Shown: positions 51,257 through 62,616 of the stretch, piece by piece
How positions within the stretch are numbered: position 1 is the stretch's first letter
How the letters are laid out: each line of letters begins with the position of its first letter
Assembly: GCA_027022365.1 (NCBI GenBank)
Contig: JALVYU010000026.1
Location: 224,001 to 288,000, forward strand
DNA: 64,000 nucleotides
DNA from: Desulfurococcales archaeon
GTDB lineage: Archaea > Thermoproteota > Thermoprotei_A > Sulfolobales > Desulfurococcaceae
Direction: 5' to 3'
Program-made: the position numbers and the translations under genes
Notes under the pieces: generated by a model
Databases searched by the model: none
What the model was told of the DNA's origin: nothing
The model's input: only the letters and a program-made list of their open reading frames with translations

Positions 51257-51441
51257 ACCAGGCTGTCATCCAGGAATTACGGTTAGTTTTTGGAGGTATA
51301 AAGGTTTTTGCTGTAGTATAACCGGATTAACTTTATCTTCTAAGCAAGGGATAATCTATTAGTGCCCCCGATGAAGAATGAACCCGGGTATAAAACCCGT
51401 CTGAATACCTGCAATGTAGATAAGGCCCGCATGTGAGGGGG

Positions 51442-52044
51442 TTAGATCTTTTCTTTCCATAGCATGCGCATCTTTCTGCGTTTTTCAAGGAATGTTTCAC
51501 GCTCTATATACCTGTATACTGTCCCGTGTCTTCTCCCTTCTATAAGGAGCTCGATAGCGTTTTTCGCTATGTTCGCTGACTCGAAATCACCTATAATTGC
51601 AACATAGTGCTTATATACTGATATGTAGGTGCCTGTCATCTCTTCGAGAACACGCCTAGCCTTTCCCCCCTCACCTATAATTCTACCTTTTATCCTCTGC
51701 AGGTGGTTGAGCTTATCTCCAACATACTGCTTAAGATCAATTATTATGAGCACTTGGTCCTCATCGAGCAGTCTAAAAGCCCTCTCTGGGCTGAAACCAT
51801 ATGCTATCGCTCTCACTATGTCGCGTGCTTTCATAAGGTTTAGAGCGGTAGTTGATGGTGATGCTGGTTCTATTATCACGGAGCCTGTAGTGGAATCTAT
51901 TGTTATCAACGTGTTTGTACGGCGCATAATCTCTTCTTTTACCTTGCCGTCCTGTCCTATGAGTACACCTATCCTATCCGGCGGTACTTTCTCATATAGT
52001 CTTGTCACGCCTATTGTCAGTCTTCCCTTGTCTTCATTAGACAC
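51442..52044 (-). CDS. KH-domain pre-rRNA processing protein (Dim2/Pno1)
   Basis: RIGVLIG..G, GFSPERA, RIKGRIIGEGGK, GRRHGTVY. Confidence 0.93.
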   Translation of the reverse strand: MSNEDKGRLTIGVTRLYEKVPPDRIGVLIGQDGKVKEEIMRRTNTLITIDSTTGSVIIEPASPSTTALNLMKARDIVRAIAYGFSPERAFRLLDEDQVLIIIDLKQYVGDKLNHLQRIKGRIIGEGGKARRVLEEMTGTYISVYKHYVAIIGDFESANIAKNAIELLIEGRRHGTVYRYIERETFLEKRRKMRMLWKEKI

Positions 52045-52823
52045 GACTTGATCTCCTCCAATACTTTGTTCGGGTCGGGTGTATCTATACCTACTTCATC
52101 CTTGAAGAACCTAATAAGGTTCTTAATATCCCTGATCAAGAATTCCATGGAGTTAGGATGATCTAGGAGAACGGCTTGACCTACATCAATGATGACTATA
52201 TCGAGATCTGGTGTTACCATTATGTTGAACTCAGATAAATCGCTGTGGACGAGCTTGGCTTTGCATACAATCTTGTTGAGTTCCGCTAGGATCTTATTCA
52301 GTATCTCGGCAAGTGATTCCTTATCCAGCTCATTGTATACTTCTGCTAGTAATGGGTATCTTTTTCCATTTTCACCCATAAATTCCATGACTAATACATT
52401 GTTTAGGAAAGTAATAGGTTTGGGTACTTTAACGCCCGCTTCATATAGTCTTTTCAGGTTTCTGAATTCTTTTCTGGTCCACGCATAGATTAGTGCCCTC
52501 GTGTTTCGGGGCTTAAACCCCTCGAAGCGGGGGTCTCCAATGATGTATTTTAGGATGCCTTTCTTGAACATTGCGGTTGATGTTAAATATATTTTTACGG
52601 CTAGAGAAGTGTTTTTGAGCCCGTATGCAAGGTAGACTCGCGCTTCTTTACCGGAACTGATTACACCCGCCATTCGCTTTATGATCTTGCGTCTCATTAG
52701 ATTGTATATCGTCATAACTGTTCTTGTATCAAACACTTCTTCGACTGTCTCGTAGAGATCTTTGTCCTTTATTCTTTTCTCACGGCGAGGATAGGGGTAG
52801 AAGATGTCATCATCTATGCTCAT
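52017..52823 (-). CDS. rio1: RIO1 family Ser/Thr kinase
   Basis: SSGKEARVY, AVKIY, KEFRNL, VHSDLSEFNI, IDVGQAV. Confidence 0.95.
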   Translation of the reverse strand: MSIDDDIFYPYPRREKRIKDKDLYETVEEVFDTRTVMTIYNLMRRKIIKRMAGVISSGKEARVYLAYGLKNTSLAVKIYLTSTAMFKKGILKYIIGDPRFEGFKPRNTRALIYAWTRKEFRNLKRLYEAGVKVPKPITFLNNVLVMEFMGENGKRYPLLAEVYNELDKESLAEILNKILAELNKIVCKAKLVHSDLSEFNIMVTPDLDIVIIDVGQAVLLDHPNSMEFLIRDIKNLIRFFKDEVGIDTPDPNKVLEEIKSCLMKTRED

Positions 52824-53167
52824 ATGTACTCACTTAGTGCTTCTAGGAATTCCTGTGGCAGTACACCCTTCTCCAGTAGCTTCGCTACCTCGCCCCTACT
52901 ATACTTGTGTACTATTTCTCCCCTATCCGGCGAGAAATCCCATAGCCCGACTAGTACGATGTCGCCTTCGTTCATCCATACCCTTCTACGCATTTTTCCG
53001 GGTATTCTGACTTTTCTTTCAGCACCGTCGATGCATTTGACCACTAGGTAGTCTCCGCCGAGCAACCTGATAACTCCACAGATAATTGTTCCTTCGCCGG
53101 GCAGTGGCGGTTCTTTACTACTTTCCTCCCTATATCTTCGTTTTTTCTTTTTCCTTTTTCTAGGCAT
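52820..53167 (-). CDS. eif1a: Translation initiation factor aIF-1A
   Basis: LLGG....V.C.DG..R..RIPGKMRRRVW...GD.VLV..W. Confidence 0.95.
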   Translation of the reverse strand: MPRKRKKKKRRYREESSKEPPLPGEGTIICGVIRLLGGDYLVVKCIDGAERKVRIPGKMRRRVWMNEGDIVLVGLWDFSPDRGEIVHKYSRGEVAKLLEKGVLPQEFLEALSEYI

Positions 53168-53183
53168 GGTTTCACCAATTAAA

Positions 53184-54245
53184 CTATTCTTTGACCATGT
53201 ACACTTTATCCCTTACTCTTACTCTTTTCAATCGTTCACCGGTCTTTACGTTCTTTAAGCCCTTTGTCCGTGGGAACTCGTCTAGCTCTCCGGTCTCCTC
53301 GTTTAGGAGATATAGAGTTGATTCATCTTCTGCAACTACTAGGAATTCCTTATCATACACCATGTAGCCCGGCTTCTTCAGCCTGCCCTTCCAATAGTCA
53401 TCATATGGTACACGTATGTTTGAACCATCATCGAGCATGCTGATCTCTACTCCGTGCACATCACGCGACTTCACAACACCTGGGCGGCCACGGTATTCTA
53501 CCAAGTCGCCTCTACTTAGATCAGGCAGTCTCACGGATAACGTAGTGATCCCGTCCCAAGCGCCTTTATCGGGATTATATTTTGTCGGTTTAAACGATTC
53601 TACAACCTTAGCACCAGCGTCTCTACTCAAAAGCATTGATAGTCTCTTAGCTGCGACCTGGCTCAATAGTCTCACATCTAAACCTGTCTTCTTCTCTTTA
53701 ATCTCGACTATCTCCGCCGCGACACCGGGATCCCTTAGAGCCCTTCCTATGATCTTCATGTCATTCTCGTCCAGATGGCCACGTGCACTCCTAATCTGCA
53801 CTAAAGCCTTGTGTGCTCCCCCGGCTACAGCTAGGCATCTGGGACAAGGCACCCTCTTTATGTTGAGCACTAACTCTATCTCATGCTTTACCGGATAGCA
53901 ATCTGCTAGAATAGCCGAGACACGGGCCTTGACACCATGCTGTGTCTTATTTATCTTGTAAAGGTCTGAGACTATATCTATGTCCACTATCGTTATTTTG
54001 TCACGCAAGTTTTTCTCCAGCTCTCTTAGAGCTATTCTCCTGATAACTTCTCTCATCGGTAAGGGATCTCTCCACTCACCTTTATACAACCAGGACCCGC
54101 ACCGAGGACATATTGTTATAGTCAGTACTGGTCTTTCCCTAAATAATCCCTTACGATCTAAGAAGCAGGTTGGACACATCCCGTCTATCAAGGGCTCGTT
54201 CTCGCCGAGCTTCCGGCCACATACTACACAGTATTTTTCACGCAT
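53184..54245 (-). CDS. NMD3 family ribosome biogenesis protein
   Basis: CVVCG...MCPTC, CPRCG, CPRC...VQIR; start at MREKYC. Confidence 0.9.
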   Translation of the reverse strand: MREKYCVVCGRKLGENEPLIDGMCPTCFLDRKGLFRERPVLTITICPRCGSWLYKGEWRDPLPMREVIRRIALRELEKNLRDKITIVDIDIVSDLYKINKTQHGVKARVSAILADCYPVKHEIELVLNIKRVPCPRCLAVAGGAHKALVQIRSARGHLDENDMKIIGRALRDPGVAAEIVEIKEKKTGLDVRLLSQVAAKRLSMLLSRDAGAKVVESFKPTKYNPDKGAWDGITTLSVRLPDLSRGDLVEYRGRPGVVKSRDVHGVEISMLDDGSNIRVPYDDYWKGRLKKPGYMVYDKEFLVVAEDESTLYLLNEETGELDEFPRTKGLKNVKTGERLKRVRVRDKVYMVKE

Positions 54246-54561
54246 GACTAACCCCCAGTACCGCGAACTGGGCATGTTTAATTCCTCTAACCACGAGAAT
54301 AGCGTCAGGATGAACCAGTCCACGATTAATTGCTGCTTCAACTATGTTATTGCCTACGAGGTTAGCTATGGTTGCGCCCGCCAACATATTGAGGGCTTCA
54401 TCTATTGTGACCAGTTCTCCCTTGTAGAAAGCCGGGTCTACGTAGAACTTTATATTATCGTCGCTGAGCGTGGCGCCGAGTAGGTCAGCGTCGCAAACAG
54501 CTATAATTATTTCTCCGTCGTACTCGTATCTCTTGATATAAACCATGTCATTGTTACTCAT
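54238..54561 (-). CDS. DUF424 family protein
   Basis: AVCDADLLG, FYKG, ANLVG, HAQ. Confidence 0.9.
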   Translation of the reverse strand: MSNNDMVYIKRYEYDGEIIIAVCDADLLGATLSDDNIKFYVDPAFYKGELVTIDEALNMLAGATIANLVGNNIVEAAINRGLVHPDAILVVRGIKHAQFAVLGVSHA

Positions 54562-54632
54562 AATCTCTACTACCCCTAGGGTTTGGTGTTCTAGAATGTT
54601 GGATAAATGTTTCTGTTAATGAAAATAAAGCA

Positions 54633-55094
54633 TTAGAATGCTTGGAGAGATGTTTCGGCACCGCATGCAAGGCATTTCAGTATGAATACTTTTCCTGACC
54701 TCTTGAGCTCCGTGAACCTGCTACCGCATGTTGGGCATAATACGTATTTCTTCACGAATATCTCGATTAGCTTATTTATGACGTGCGCGCCGAACCTGCC
54801 TTGGAGCACTAATTGCTGTGATTCATCCATATATGCCGGGACAGCTAGTTCTTTCGCAAAGTAGCGCTGGAGAATCTTGGGATCCCGGTTGAGATAATCA
54901 GCTATCCACCTGAAATTACGTATTACAGTCTTCCCACCAACAATTATTATCTCGGCCTTCGGTATCTGGAACGCCTCCTGCGACCTAGCCTTAGTCGGTA
55001 ACTTCGAATATGCTCTCTCGAGTAATTCGTCGTATGTGTACTCACTCACTTTTTTGACCAAATCAACCACCTCATTAATGGTATTCAAAAACAT
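54633..55094 (-). CDS. eif2b: Translation initiation factor aIF-2 beta
   Basis: YDELLERAY, NF..IA..LNR, YVLCPTCGS..T, CLACGA. Confidence 0.95.
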   Translation of the reverse strand: MFLNTINEVVDLVKKVSEYTYDELLERAYSKLPTKARSQEAFQIPKAEIIIVGGKTVIRNFRWIADYLNRDPKILQRYFAKELAVPAYMDESQQLVLQGRFGAHVINKLIEIFVKKYVLCPTCGSRFTELKRSGKVFILKCLACGAETSLQAF

Positions 55095-55188
55095 CTATTT
55101 ATTTACTATTAAGTGCTAATGCGTGTTTAGAATAGTGTCATAGATACCTTATAAAGGGGTTTCTCCCCTTGAAAATCGAGGGGTAGAA

Positions 55189-56472
55189 GTGAGGATATAT
55201 ATTGAAACATATGGCTGTGCTCTGAATAGAGCTGATGAATCAATTATGAAGACTGTGCTTACTGAGAGAGGCCACGAGATAGTATCTTCGCCGGATCATG
55301 CCGATGTCATAGTAATTAACACGTGTACTGTCCGACTAGACACTGAGTTAAGAATGGTAAAAAGAATCGAAGAACTACGAGATTTCTGCCGAGCACATGG
55401 TAAGAAACTGGTGGTGGCTGGATGTATGGCTCAGGCGCAACCCTACAAGATCTCCAAGATAGCGCCAGAGGCCAGCCTTATATCCCCACAGAATAGTAGC
55501 AGAATACACCTGGCTATCGAGGAAAATAGTAGGGTAGTACTCCTAGACGGCGATAGAGACAGGAATTGTATTGGTTTATGGGTTGAGAAGGGAGTAGCAT
55601 ATATTCCGCTCCAAGACGGCTGTACAGGCGATTGCAGTTTCTGTATAGTGAAAAATGCACGTAGAAAACTCACTAGTTATCCAATGGAAAAAATTATTGA
55701 TGTGATCAAAAAAGCCGTTACTAATGGTGCTGTGGAAATTGAGCTTACAGGACAAGATACTGCGTCATACGGCCTAGACCTTTACGGCTCCCAGAAGCTT
55801 CCGGAACTACTAGAACGCATCGATGACTTACCCGGGAATTTCATGGTTAGAATAGGCATGATGAACCCAGACACATTGAGAAATATATTGGATCAAGTGA
55901 TAGAGGCCATGAGGCAATGCAGGAGAATTTATCACTTTCTCCACATACCGCTCCAGAGCGGAAGTGATAAGGTATTAAAGATCATGAGGAGAAGATACAC
56001 TGTCGACGAATATGTTGAGCTAGTCAAAGAGCTCAGAAGAAAAATACCTGAGGTAAGCATAGCAACAGACATAATTGTGGGGCATCCAGGCGAGGAAGAA
56101 GAAGATTTCGAGGCTACGATCAATATTATAGAGAAACTAGAGTTCGAAAGAGTACATGCTGCTGTTTACAGTATTAGACCTAACACTCTATCCGCTAGAA
56201 TGCCTCAAGTCCCGACCAAGACAAAGAAAAACAGGATGCTAAGACTACTTAGAGTAGTAGAAGAGGTCGGCTACAAAGTACATGCGCGTTACATTGGGTC
56301 AACGCTGAATGTGTTTATCACGGAGAAGACCAATAAGTGGATCGGTAGAACTAGGAACTATATTCCCGTGATCATATTGGACGACTTCAGCCCACTTAAC
56401 TACGGCAAACATGCAACAGTATTTATCAGGGACGCTACATTCTATGATCTCCGAGGAGAAATAGCTCGTTAG
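55189..56472 (+). CDS. tRNA t6A37 methylthiotransferase (e-MtaB/CDKAL1-like)
   Basis: [38 protein letters not shown]-terminal TRAM. Confidence 0.92.
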   Translation: MRIYIETYGCALNRADESIMKTVLTERGHEIVSSPDHADVIVINTCTVRLDTELRMVKRIEELRDFCRAHGKKLVVAGCMAQAQPYKISKIAPEASLISPQNSSRIHLAIEENSRVVLLDGDRDRNCIGLWVEKGVAYIPLQDGCTGDCSFCIVKNARRKLTSYPMEKIIDVIKKAVTNGAVEIELTGQDTASYGLDLYGSQKLPELLERIDDLPGNFMVRIGMMNPDTLRNILDQVIEAMRQCRRIYHFLHIPLQSGSDKVLKIMRRRYTVDEYVELVKELRRKIPEVSIATDIIVGHPGEEEEDFEATINIIEKLEFERVHAAVYSIRPNTLSARMPQVPTKTKKNRMLRLLRVVEEVGYKVHARYIGSTLNVFITEKTNKWIGRTRNYIPVIILDDFSPLNYGKHATVFIRDATFYDLRGEIAR

Positions 56473-57269
56473 ATCGTAGTTTCTATAAATTCTATCTCAG
56501 GGTTATACTTAATCAACGACCTGTTTATCTCGTTAGCCAGTCTGACAAGATCGGATAACCTAATAGGGGTTGATACGGGATAAGCCCTTATCCTTGCAAC
56601 AACCTCCCCAACGCCTATTTTCTCTATCATTATTTTCTTCGAGTCTATCCTGAATATTCCCAGATCTATCTCCTCGATACTTTTTATAAGGTCGTCGACA
56701 ACTCTTAGTGGATCTATCTCACCAGTATTTAGTCTGATTCGTATCTGAACCGATGGTACGTACTCTTTGATAATAGCGTTAACTAGTAGGCTGTTTGCAA
56801 TGTATATTCTCTTACCATATATATCCTCGAGTGTTGAGACCATAGGCTCTACATCAATTATTCTTCCATAAACAGGTGTTGTGTGCCCGGGCAACCTTAT
56901 TTCATAGCTCTTCCCCTTGATGTGGCGGAGTAGCTGCAGATTGATATATGCGACGAACTCCCTGATCTCATAGAAGAACAAGATGAAGCTTGATACAACA
57001 AATATCGATATAGCTATAATAACTATATCGGGAGGAACAAATAAGTTCAGGATTGTTACCAGAATTATGAATATGACAATGACATCTATGAATCTGCTGA
57101 TCGTGTTCTTTGTTGAAGCAGATACTATTCCTCTATTCATGAGCGAGGTCAGAAATCTAACGAGCAGTATTCTCATGAGTACGAGTATTATTATTACGAG
57201 TATGACTGACTGGAATTTAAACAGTAGTTGCTCTGGCGATGGAAAAGTGAACGTCCAGTTAAAATACAC
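56469..57269 (-). CDS. MscS-like mechanosensitive channel protein
   Basis: Three N-terminal TM helices, G.I....ST.LED..G..IYIANS. Confidence 0.65.
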   Translation of the reverse strand: MYFNWTFTFPSPEQLLFKFQSVILVIIILVLMRILLVRFLTSLMNRGIVSASTKNTISRFIDVIVIFIILVTILNLFVPPDIVIIAISIFVVSSFILFFYEIREFVAYINLQLLRHIKGKSYEIRLPGHTTPVYGRIIDVEPMVSTLEDIYGKRIYIANSLLVNAIIKEYVPSVQIRIRLNTGEIDPLRVVDDLIKSIEEIDLGIFRIDSKKIMIEKIGVGEVVARIRAYPVSTPIRLSDLVRLANEINRSLIKYNPEIEFIETTI

Positions 57270-57275
57270 GTGTAT

Positions 57276-57920
57276 TCACCCTTTGAAGTACCTCTCAACA
57301 TCTTCTACTCTGGATAACACTATTAATTGGTAGCCTGGACGAAGCACGTCATCCTCTATAGGGGGGCGAAGAGTTTTTCCATCGAAGAGCAAGAGTATCT
57401 TCACGTCCTCAGGGAGTTTTAGGTTTCGAAGCTCTGTCCCTATGACAGGATCTGTTTCTGCGAGTGATATCTGGTATATCTTATAGTTTCCTACGATGCT
57501 GATCAGTCTTGGTGAGGATATTGAGTCTAGATAGCTATTGAGGATTGATGCTATGAGACTGGCCTGAGAGATGGGTACTCCTAGTCCGAGTTCTTGGAGT
57601 AGATTCGCTATTCTATGATCGGTGACTTTGGCTAGCCTGTAGGGGACATTATATAGTTTGGCGATTGCAAGCACGAACAAGTTTATCTCGTTCCTACCCG
57701 TCAGCGCTATTACCATGTCGATTTCATCCATTTGTATGTCGCTTGCATATAGTGTTACATCCGTCGCATCCTTTCCTATGACAAAAATATCATATTTACT
57801 TGATAGCTCAGCTCTCCTCTGAGGATCCTTTTCTACGACGTAGACTTGGTGCTTCTTCAGGTCAAGAAGACTCAATAACTCCTCTGCAACTCCTCCGCCG
57901 CCAACAATGAGTATTCTCAA
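57276..57920 (-). CDS. trkA: TrkA potassium uptake regulatory subunit
   Basis: IVGGGGVA RCK-N, DAT, ALTG..E.N, RCK-C. Confidence 0.9.
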   Translation of the reverse strand: MRILIVGGGGVAEELLSLLDLKKHQVYVVEKDPQRRAELSSKYDIFVIGKDATDVTLYASDIQMDEIDMVIALTGRNEINLFVLAIAKLYNVPYRLAKVTDHRIANLLQELGLGVPISQASLIASILNSYLDSISSPRLISIVGNYKIYQISLAETDPVIGTELRNLKLPEDVKILLLFDGKTLRPPIEDDVLRPGYQLIVLSRVEDVERYFKG

Positions 57921-57956
57921 GGAATCATCACTCCGTGCTTAGGGATCAGCGCTTCT

Positions 57957-59414
57957 TTACCTTAGTATTTTAATAACCTTGCGCCCAGATATAAGTCCTA
58001 CTAATAAGAAGACCTGTGTATATTCGACTCTCCCGATCAGCATCAATATCATTATCACAGCTCTTACCAGTAGGGGAGCATTGGGTGCGACTACTCCAGC
58101 GCTTAAACCTACACATCCTGCTGCGGATGTTGCCTCGAATAAAGCGTTTATGAAGCTGTATCCCTCGGCGGTTATTAGTAGGGCTCCGATAAATATTGCG
58201 AACATATGGACTATTGTGAAGAGAAGAGCTTGCCCTATTTCTTGCTCGGTGATGGCGTTCCCATCTATTTTTATCGTCTTCTGTATCTTGTCTCCAACAA
58301 TGGTATTTATTGATGCGTATTTGAATTTCTTCACTAAAACTAGTAGCCTGAAGCTCTTTATACCACCAGCTGTTGAGAATATCATTCCGCCTATGAACAT
58401 AGATAGTATAAGTATGAGTTTAGTGGTTGTTGATAGTCCGGCGATAGTTCCTATATTGAATCCTGTTGTTGTCATAGCCGATACTAGATTAAAGGAGCCA
58501 GCAACAAGAGAATATTCTAGGGGTTTATGATCTACTAGCACGTAGCTGAGGTCTGTTGCTATGACCAGTATGATCATTGAGTAAAGATATGTTCGGAACT
58601 CCTCGCTTCTCCATACGCTACGTAGTTCTCCTCTCAACATCTTATCCAGCAAAACAAAGTTCATACCTCCTAGAAACATTAGAGCCATTACCGGTATGTA
58701 TGTCAGGGGCGCCCTATTGAATATGACTTGATAGCCTTGATCATATGTTGACATACCACCAGTCGCTACTGTGGTTAATACGTGGTTGAATGCCTCGTAG
58801 AAATTCATGCCCGTATAAACATACGCTATTATTCCGCCTATCGTTAGGATCAGATATATCCTTATGAGTCTCTGCGCGGTCCGATAGAACGTCGCCTCTA
58901 TCTTTAGTGGTCTCTCAACACCATAGGCGGCCGCGCCGACTCGGTAAAAGTATGGAAACAATACCATGGCAAAAACAACTACACCGAGCTCGCCGCTCCA
59001 CTGCATTATGCTACGCCACGTTACTATGGATGGCTTCATGTGATCGAGGCCTGTCAGGACAGTAAAGCCTGTACCGGTGAAGCCCGAGATCGATTCAAAC
59101 CATGCGTTGACAAAGCTTATCTTCAGAGATATCATTAGCGGTATGGCTGCTTCGAGGGAGATCAATGGCCAAGCTATAGATGTAGCAATTAATCCTTCAA
59201 GGAGAGAGAGGGGTTTTGCCTCGATTTTCTGGAGCAGGTAACCCGCGAATATAAGGACTATTGAGGCGATAAAGAATGGCCAAGTTATAGGTTTCAAAGT
59301 GATCATATCAATCAATGGTACGCTCAGCATCAAAAGACCAAGCACTATCTGTAGAGCACCAATTATCTTCAAGATACTGCTCCAGTTAATCACCGCCAAA
59401 GCACCATTGCTCAA
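57957..59414 (-). CDS. trkH: TrkH potassium uptake permease
   Basis: FESISGFTGTG, TVATGG, SAMTTTG, STAGGIK, GRVE. Confidence 0.93.
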   Translation of the reverse strand: MSNGALAVINWSSILKIIGALQIVLGLLMLSVPLIDMITLKPITWPFFIASIVLIFAGYLLQKIEAKPLSLLEGLIATSIAWPLISLEAAIPLMISLKISFVNAWFESISGFTGTGFTVLTGLDHMKPSIVTWRSIMQWSGELGVVVFAMVLFPYFYRVGAAAYGVERPLKIEATFYRTAQRLIRIYLILTIGGIIAYVYTGMNFYEAFNHVLTTVATGGMSTYDQGYQVIFNRAPLTYIPVMALMFLGGMNFVLLDKMLRGELRSVWRSEEFRTYLYSMIILVIATDLSYVLVDHKPLEYSLVAGSFNLVSAMTTTGFNIGTIAGLSTTTKLILILSMFIGGMIFSTAGGIKSFRLLVLVKKFKYASINTIVGDKIQKTIKIDGNAITEQEIGQALLFTIVHMFAIFIGALLITAEGYSFINALFEATSAAGCVGLSAGVVAPNAPLLVRAVIMILMLIGRVEYTQVFLLVGLISGRKVIKILR

Positions 59415-59550
59415 AGATCATTGTAAATCTCCGTAACGATACCCAGGCCACGATGATAATCTAAAGTATGTTTTTAAAATTAAATATTCCCCAAAGAACA
59501 ATAGGATCACCAACAATATTCATATGGGCTCTAAAATGATAGAGAATATG

Positions 59551-59625
59551 CGGGCCCGCGGGGATTCGAACCCCGGGTCTCCGGCTTAGAAGGCCGGCGC
59601 CCTATCCTGGCTAGGCTACGGGCCC
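59551..59625 (-). tRNA. tRNA-Arg(TCT)
   Basis: GGGCCCGTAGCCTAGCCAGGATAGGGCG CCGGC CT TCT AA GCCGG ...GTTCGAAT...CGGGCCCG. Confidence 0.95.
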
Positions 59626-59678
59626 ACTGCCCCACGCCAGCCTTCATCTTAGGAAATATTTTTCGGGGGATATAGGCT

Positions 59679-62417
59679 TTATGGAGCTGGTTTACACTGG
59701 TTTGCTATGAGCTCTATTATTTTATCTATGTGTTTCTCTGGTTGTTCAATCCTTATTGTTACATGATCTTTCTTCCCTCCGCCTCTAGCACCATATTTTT
59801 TAAGCTCCTCTACGACCTTGGTTAGATCTACCTTGTTATTCCTGCATGTTTCGGGATGAGTTGCTATTTCAACTAGTTTTTCATCATAACTGATCACTAT
59901 GTATTTCTTCTTTAGTGAGTAATATTCTACAAGTTCGCGGAACAATTGTTTGTCTCCTATGCCCTGCTTTATCACAGCTACGTAAGTGTTGCATACAGGT
60001 GTCTTGGAGTTCTCTATGTCTTTCATGAGAAGTTCTTTCACTAATTTCCTATACTCGGAGATGAGCATGCGTTGCTCATATAGTTCTCTAGCCTTCTTCC
60101 GAGCCGAGTTGACAGGACTTCCTGTGTCAAGACCTAGCACGTCTGCTATTTCTTTTATTTCGTTTTCCAGCTTCTCTATGTAGGGCGGTAGCCTTGTGCT
60201 AGCGATGTATTCTAAACGGTATACTCCATCCTGTATTTTCTCAGTATTTATGATCTTTATTGCACCGACCTCCGATGTATTCGCTACATGAGTTCCAAAA
60301 CATGCTTCTGCATCATAACCGGGGATCTCGACTATTCTGATTATTGGCTGAATTACCGCTCCGCCCTCGTATATTTTCAGGCCGTACTTCTTCTCTGCCT
60401 CGAATTTTGGTAGGTAATGTAATTTCAGCCCTATATGCTCCTGTATAACCTTGTTGGCTATTTCTTCGATCATTCGTATCTCTTCCCCTGTTATTTGCTT
60501 ATAATGAGTTATATCCAGCCTAGCCTTCTCAGTAGTCTTCTCAGCTCCTGCTTGCCACACATGTTCGCCGAGGACTCTACGTGCGGCAGAGAGAATAATG
60601 TGTGTGGCTGTATGGTGCTTCATCAACGTGTATCTTCTATCCCAGTCAATAACTCCTCTGATCTCTGTACCGATGTCTTCGGGGGAGGGTTCCTTGTCTA
60701 GTCTATGTATAATGACGTTTCCTACCTTGTAGACTCCTTCGACTCGGTACTTGTTGTCCGCTATCTCGATAACGCCTGTATCGTGTTCTTGCCCGCCTCC
60801 ACGCGGGTAAAAGGCCGTCTGGTCAAGTATGACGTAATTATCTCTGATACCGAGTATTCTCGCCTTGAATTCCCTCATATATGGATCCTTATGAAATAGA
60901 AGGCTTGTTTCTGGAAAGTTACTAGCCCACGAAGCTATATCTGATGATACATCGGTCTTCTTTTCCTTTATTAGGGCTCGAGAACCACCATGTCTTGACG
61001 CGACGATACTATAGAAGTTTGGTGGAACATCTATTTTTACACCGAGTCTCGACGCGTATGATACTACTATTTCGGGCGGGATGCCATGGGAGTCATATAT
61101 CTCTATCATGGCGTCGAGATCGAGTTTCTTCTTTTTCTTAAGGATCCTTTTCACTATGCGGAATCCTCTATCGATGACGTCTAGGAATCTCTTAGTCTCC
61201 ACGCTTAATACGTCTACGATATAATTCATTCTTTCCCTAAACTTTGAGTAGATGTACTTGTCTTTCCAATAATTGGCCTGTAGTTTGAACAGCTCTAAGA
61301 TTATATCCTCTAGTCTCGAAGGCTCGACATTCAGCTGGAGAAGGGTTTTGAGGGTCCTTCTTATTACTAGGCGGGCCAGATAGCCTTCACCAACATTTGA
61401 CGGGACTATATAGTCTGATAGCATCAGGGATACAGTACGGATGTGGTCTAGGAGAGTGTATAGCCTTATTGATTCGATCAGTTGTTCGTAATACTTAGAA
61501 TACCCGATCCTTTCTACCTCATGTTTCAGTTTATCCAGACTATCAATCTCCTTATCGCTAAGCAGGTATGCAACCCTTCTTAAAACATCATATGGCGGCT
61601 CCTCTATCCCTAGTAGATCCTTGTATTTGCCGACCAGTTCTCCGTAGATGGTGTGGTACGAGGTTGGTAAGCGCTGAGTGAACCATGCTATTCTCTCTAT
61701 GCCGTACCCTGTATCCACCACTGTTATAGGCATAAGCTCGCGCTTATCATCTCTTATACGGTACTTCATAAATACAAGCGTTGCAAGTTCAAGACCGTCA
61801 ACCACTACCTCGTAAGCAGGCCCGGCGTTTCCTCCGCCTTCCCACCATGATTCTTTGAATACTAGATCGTCGGGATCAATACCTATTTCTTTAGTGAAGA
61901 ACTCAAATGCGTGGCTTAGAGTTTCGTCTACCCAGTAGACGCGATTATCTTTTTTATTGAATGCATGGTGCCCGCCCATTTCGAAGCTTGTAAGATGTCT
62001 ACCGAATGTTAGGCCGACATTGTCTATGTCTTCTAGCCTTATACATGGTTGTACTATCACTAATGGATTATAAGGAGGATCAACTATTCCCTCAGTCACT
62101 GCCGGCTGGAAAACAACTATTGATGCTATTGTCAAGTATAAGTCGTTCCTCCAACGAGCGAGAACAGGATAGGGTTCAATATAGCCGTGATTATTCCTTA
62201 CGAAATAGTCTATGAATCTTCTGCGGACCTCCTCCAAACCCAAGCTCTCGATATTAGGGTAGTCTTTGATTAGGAAATCATATTTACTGCACGGTCTATC
62301 GGGACACGTTTCCCGAGGTACTCGGCTCCAAAACGTTGCACCACATACTTTACACTTATAGGGCTTATAGTCGTGTTCTGGCAGAAACTTGTTCTTGAAC
62401 TCGGGCTCTACTGTCAT
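59679..62417 (-). CDS. alaS: Alanyl-tRNA synthetase
   Basis: QPCIR..DID.VG..GRHLT.FEM, DTGYGIER, HHTATH, CFGTHV, RGGGK. Confidence 0.98.
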   Translation of the reverse strand: MTVEPEFKNKFLPEHDYKPYKCKVCGATFWSRVPRETCPDRPCSKYDFLIKDYPNIESLGLEEVRRRFIDYFVRNNHGYIEPYPVLARWRNDLYLTIASIVVFQPAVTEGIVDPPYNPLVIVQPCIRLEDIDNVGLTFGRHLTSFEMGGHHAFNKKDNRVYWVDETLSHAFEFFTKEIGIDPDDLVFKESWWEGGGNAGPAYEVVVDGLELATLVFMKYRIRDDKRELMPITVVDTGYGIERIAWFTQRLPTSYHTIYGELVGKYKDLLGIEEPPYDVLRRVAYLLSDKEIDSLDKLKHEVERIGYSKYYEQLIESIRLYTLLDHIRTVSLMLSDYIVPSNVGEGYLARLVIRRTLKTLLQLNVEPSRLEDIILELFKLQANYWKDKYIYSKFRERMNYIVDVLSVETKRFLDVIDRGFRIVKRILKKKKKLDLDAMIEIYDSHGIPPEIVVSYASRLGVKIDVPPNFYSIVASRHGGSRALIKEKKTDVSSDIASWASNFPETSLLFHKDPYMREFKARILGIRDNYVILDQTAFYPRGGGQEHDTGVIEIADNKYRVEGVYKVGNVIIHRLDKEPSPEDIGTEIRGVIDWDRRYTLMKHHTATHIILSAARRVLGEHVWQAGAEKTTEKARLDITHYKQITGEEIRMIEEIANKVIQEHIGLKLHYLPKFEAEKKYGLKIYEGGAVIQPIIRIVEIPGYDAEACFGTHVANTSEVGAIKIINTEKIQDGVYRLEYIASTRLPPYIEKLENEIKEIADVLGLDTGSPVNSARKKARELYEQRMLISEYRKLVKELLMKDIENSKTPVCNTYVAVIKQGIGDKQLFRELVEYYSLKKKYIVISYDEKLVEIATHPETCRNNKVDLTKVVEELKKYGARGGGKKDHVTIRIEQPEKHIDKIIELIANQCKPAP

Positions 62418-62616
62418 GAATTAACACCACTACTATTTTGCATGCTCCATATTGTTTCTCTATAGTACGTCTTACTGAGAATAATATCATGGTTTTTACA
62501 ACTAATTATACCTAATCACGAAAACACGCTAGCAAAACAACATAGATAGAATTGAACTAACAGGTTACGTTTTCCTAAAAACTAATACGTTAATACTCTA
62601 CACAATATAACCACTG

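Noticed and set aside
51251-51260. GGGCCCACCA looks like a tRNA 3' end or att site on the plus strand
   Set aside because: It is the palindromic 5' acceptor strand of tRNA-Trp plus four leader bases; no plus-strand T-arm precedes it
51368-51406. ATGAAGA...CTGA, possible C/D or K-turn RNA
   Set aside because: Only 23 nt between the boxes, occupied by a hairpin, and no D'/C' pair; not enough to call
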